From: a virus
Direction: 5' to 3' (one strand)
IMG/VR virus record: IMGVR_UViG_3300017963_000003
Span: 64,001-128,000 of that record
Length of the DNA stretch: 64,000 nucleotides
Shown: one piece after another, positions 62,757-64,000 of the stretch
How positions within the stretch are numbered: the stretch's first letter is position 1
Layout of the letters: each line of letters starts with the position of its first letter
The notes under the pieces: generated by a model
Told to the model about the DNA's origin: nothing
Database searches by the model: none
What the model saw: the letters and a program-made list of their open reading frames with translations, nothing else
Program-made: the position numbers and the translations under genes

Positions 62757-64000
62757 TCACACCGAGGGCTGCGCAGCCTCCTGGGACTTACGCTGCTGAA
62801 CGATCTTCTTCCCCTTCTTGCGCCCTTTCTGACGTCTCGACATCTTCGGCTCGACAGGCACGCTCCCGTCGATCATCTTGAGGGTCTCGTCGTTCCTGTA
62901 CAGACGCATGATGTTCCGTGCGGCATTCGCATCCTGGTCCCACTTCGCACCGCACTCCACGCAGACATGATCGACCTCAGGAATAGCATCCCAGGGCTCC
63001 AGGCAACCGCACTCGAAGCACCGCTGGGTGGTCATGCGGGCATCGACCCAAACCACGGTCCCTCCGCGCGCGAGGAACGCCTGGACGAACATCATCCGCA
63101 GCTCGTAGCATGCGGCCTCTTTCTGCTGGTTGCGCGCGGCCTGGATCTCCACCTTCTCGCTCTCAGGGGGCTCGTGCTTCTGCGTCTCGGTGAGCTTGAA
63201 ATCCTCGATCACCAGCACCTTGTACTTCCGGGCCAGCTTGGCCGCCACCCTCCGGTAGTGGTCCTTACGGCGCCTGAGAGACTTCTGCTCCTGGCTCTCC
63301 TTCCACTGCCATAGGTGTCGGTCGCCTCCGTCCCTGCGGCCCAGGGACTCCTCGTAGGTCCCACTCAGCCAGTCCTTCAGGATCTGGAAGCCCTCTCCGT
63401 CTCCATCCCATCTCTTCTCCCCCCACTTGCGGAGGAGCCCAGCGTAGCGCTTCGGTGACTTCCACGAATGCAGGTATCGCACATCCTCACGGAACCACTC
63501 GGGCAGATTCTTCTTGTTCGACTTGATCCACCCCTTGAGACTCTTCTGCATCTCGTTCTGGTTCAAGGCCCGGATCGACTGAAGACTCTCCACCTTGTCG
63601 AACCCCCGGACCACCTCGGGCTCCATGAGCAGCTCGTCTCCGCGACCCAGCGGGTCCTGGCGGTCTCTCAAGTACGCCGCGTACTCATCCCCGTCCACCA
63701 GGTACGCCACCCTGATCTGATCCTCTCCGCGCTTTCTCCAACCGATGTCGACAGCCACTGCCCCACGTCCACTCCCGAACTCCTCGTGCTGGTACTCAGC
63801 AGGGAGGCCCAGGCTGAAGTGCACCGTCCACCGAGGACGATCAGAGATCATACGCCGCTTCACGACGGCCCACTTGATCCGCACCCCCTGGGGCAGCGGA
63901 CGGTGCATGATGATAGGGAACTCCGCCCAAACAGGACCTCTGCTCTTCGTACTCCCCACTCGGAGCCGCATCACCCCACGACGCTTCTTGCGCCGCGTCT
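62757..64000 (-). CDS. cas12m: Type V CRISPR effector, Cas12m-like (V-M/V-U1, C2c4), N-terminus outside the window
   Basis: Frame is open to 64000. MHRPLP, RuvC-I AVAVDIGWR, helical insert HSWKSPKRYA...DRHLWQW, bridge helix RRRKDHYRRVAAKLA, RuvC-II VLVIED, Zn ribbon CFEC/CVEC, RuvC-III DQDANAARNI; adjacent array. Confidence 0.8.
   Translation of the reverse strand, partial: TRRKKRRGVMRLRVGSTKSRGPVWAEFPIIMHRPLPQGVRIKWAVVKRRMISDRPRWTVHFSLGLPAEYQHEEFGSGRGAVAVDIGWRKRGEDQIRVAYLVDGDEYAAYLRDRQDPLGRGDELLMEPEVVRGFDKVESLQSIRALNQNEMQKSLKGWIKSNKKNLPEWFREDVRYLHSWKSPKRYAGLLRKWGEKRWDGDGEGFQILKDWLSGTYEESLGRRDGGDRHLWQWKESQEQKSLRRRKDHYRRVAAKLARKYKVLVIEDFKLTETQKHEPPESEKVEIQAARNQQKEAACYELRMMFVQAFLARGGTVVWVDARMTTQRCFECGCLEPWDAIPEVDHVCVECGAKWDQDANAARNIMRLYRNDETLKMIDGSVPVEPKMSRRQKGRKKGKKIVQQRKSQEAAQPSV

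Noticed and set aside
62757-64000. Alternative call as IS200/IS605 TnpB, Cas12j or Cas12f
   Set aside because: It has a large helical insert after RuvC-I, xGWR and HRPLP motifs and a directly adjacent array, with no tnpA or anti-repeat in view. Not fully excluded because the N-terminus is missing.

Overview
This window is part of a large, GC-rich tailed phage genome. Almost all genes lie on the minus strand; no integrase, host housekeeping block or rRNA is visible. Left (1-34 kb) is the virion and packaging module: a partial prohead protease that the ORF track misses, a Mu-F/SPP1-gp7-like head protein, a portal interrupted by two LAGLIDADG inteins, beta-helix and fibre proteins, large and probable small terminase, and two collagen-like (Gly-X-Thr) fibres co-transcribed with a GT2-TPR glycosyltransferase. 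Middle (34-44 kb) holds an ABC-type ATPase, a LexA-type HTH, thymidylate kinase, a stand-alone Fis-type HTH, and a plus-strand cluster of 14 tRNA genes, several structurally atypical. Right (44-61 kb) is a dense run of small early genes, including an ATP-grasp protein, an Imm-like superinfection immunity protein, DnaJ, HNH and a second LexA HTH. The most striking element is at the right edge: an 18-repeat CRISPR array directly downstream of a Cas12m-like (type V-M, formerly V-U1/C2c4) RuvC protein, cut off by the window, that keeps a full D-E-D triad. The array intermixes two repeat alleles, carries one duplicated spacer and has two spacers sharing a 9-nt seed. Three recurrent promoter classes are readable by eye. 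Two proteins hint at a Myxococcota host. All family assignments come from motif recognition, not database searches.
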